From a virus (lineage: Duplodnaviria > Heunggongvirae > Uroviricota > Caudoviricetes), in IMG/VR virus record IMGVR_UViG_3300031949_000001, positions 64,001 through 128,000 of that record: a DNA stretch of 64,000 bases. One strand, given 5' to 3'. The notes beneath the pieces were generated by a model. The model saw only the letters and a program-made list of their open reading frames with translations. It was not told the origin of the DNA and did not search any database. This document shows, piece after piece, positions 62,936 to 64,000 of the stretch (within the stretch, counting starts at the first letter, position 1; every line of letters begins with the position of its first letter). The translations under genes were made by a program, and so were the position numbers.

Positions 62936-64000
62936 TTACTCCGTTACTGGAGCCTCTATTGTAGCAGCTAGTCGTTTTTCCTTCAAGTCTTTTGTTGATT
63001 CGAATTGCTCTGGATCGATAACTGCGTTTTCATCCATAGGAACGCGGAGGTACTTCTTCACCGTTAGTTCTTCGGCTGTTTTAAGCAGTTCATCAGCATA
63101 ATTGATGAATTTAGATTCTTGAAACTTAATATCCGTCTCCGGAATACTATACCATCCTTTATTTTTATTAAGAACGCCGAGAGCTACCATCGCCTTGCTT
63201 AGACCAGAGTAAGGGTCGATACCAGTTTCGTATGGGACTTCGATTTCAACCTTTTGAAACGGTCGGGTAAATCGGGTCTTGGGGGCTGTTGCGACCATAC
63301 GGATGCCGATCACTTCGTCTTCCTTTTCTTTTTCTTCCTTTAGCTTGAACTTCTTGAAGAGAACGATCTGCGACAAAGCGTACTGGATTGCTGAGTTGAT
63401 AATGACCCCATTTTCAGCTAAACCGGCGAGTACATCGGCTTGCTTGGCTTGATAAACGGAACCAGTAACAACGAAAGTTACATTGTAATGTTTGATAGCT
63501 TGGATGAACTGGCGAAGCATTGCCTTACCAGTTTTTGCACGTAGACCTTGATCGCTACTAATTTCACCTTTTTCGAAATCTTTAAGTTCTGAATCGGTTG
63601 AAAGCATGTCCAAACTATCTAGTGCGATGAATACTTTACGAGCGTCAGGATCAGAACTCTTGTATTCACCTGTATATCCATCCATAAAGCTTGAAAAGAC
63701 CTTGATGACGTTGCTGTATGTACGAACTTCTTTGTACAAATAGCTTCCTGCGTTGAACGGATCGGCGCCAACATTCGACATGTAGTCGTTATCCAAAGCA
63801 TGTTCCGAGTCAATGACAAGGCAGAATGCTCCCTGCTTTTGTGCTTCCTTGACCATATTGCCAATCATATAGCTCTTACCAGTGCCCGAACCACCGACAA
63901 AGCCTGTGGCTCTGCCTTGTGGTAGACCTTTGTAGAAGCTACCGGAAATAATTTTATTTAATGCGTAATTACCTGTGGAAAACCAATAGCGTGGAGGTTC
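62936..64000 (-). CDS. uvsX: UvsX/RecA-like recombinase (5' part beyond window)
   Basis: frame open to 64000: STGNYALNKIISG, GGSGTGKS, IDSEHALD, LDSL, KTRF..PF, IPY-like VPYETGIDPYSGL. Confidence 0.92.
   Translation of the reverse strand, partial: EPPRYWFSTGNYALNKIISGSFYKGLPQGRATGFVGGSGTGKSYMIGNMVKEAQKQGAFCLVIDSEHALDNDYMSNVGADPFNAGSYLYKEVRTYSNVIKVFSSFMDGYTGEYKSSDPDARKVFIALDSLDMLSTDSELKDFEKGEISSDQGLRAKTGKAMLRQFIQAIKHYNVTFVVTGSVYQAKQADVLAGLAENGVIINSAIQYALSQIVLFKKFKLKEEKEKEDEVIGIRMVATAPKTRFTRPFQKVEIEVPYETGIDPYSGLSKAMVALGVLNKNKGWYSIPETDIKFQESKFINYADELLKTAEELTVKKYLRVPMDENAVIDPEQFESTKDLKEKRLAATIEAPVTE

Noticed and set aside
1-64000. Stop-codon reassignment or suppressor tRNA
   Set aside because: Conserved genes are full-length in code 11, TAG and TGA end genes at expected positions, and no CTA/TCA/TTA anticodon tRNA was found
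1-64000. CRISPR array or diversity-generating retroelement
   Set aside because: No spaced direct repeats, no reverse transcriptase and no adenine-specific TR/VR pair seen; repeats in fibre genes are ordinary coding repeats

Overview
A 64-kb segment of a large T4-like (jumbo) myophage genome read in the standard genetic code. The host is probably Gram-negative, likely a betaproteobacterium (inferred from the OmpA, ErpA and beta-barrel genes). Left arm (1-25.5 kb, mostly + strand): an accessory, translation and RNA-repair region. It has 14 CCA-ending tRNAs placed singly between ORFs, an RNase P RNA, a 266-nt tRNA-framed RNA with large insertions, NADAR, Thg1, an intein-containing HNH/RNA-ligase fusion, a 2H phosphoesterase, Pth2, two ATP-grasp paralogs, GMP reductase, OmpA, an outer-membrane barrel and two A-type Fe-S carriers. 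Right arm (25.5-64 kb, mostly - strand): Ung, a nucleotide kinase, two complementary DnaE-like half genes about 27 kb apart, a tail-fibre module, clamp loader, UvsW/UvsY/UvsX, GroES, a soluble FtsH-like protease, MazG and a nucleotidyltransferase. The best candidate for a new system lies inside the tail-fibre module: four radical-SAM(-like) genes, an unknown 307-aa gene and a 93-aa protein ending in CNCNCNCAC, with a TPR-glycosyltransferase and a methyltransferase nearby. This looks like a RiPP-like pathway that modifies virion proteins. The second candidate is the tRNA-framed, possibly pseudoknotted RNA at 422-687. All family calls come from motif recognition by eye, not from database searches.
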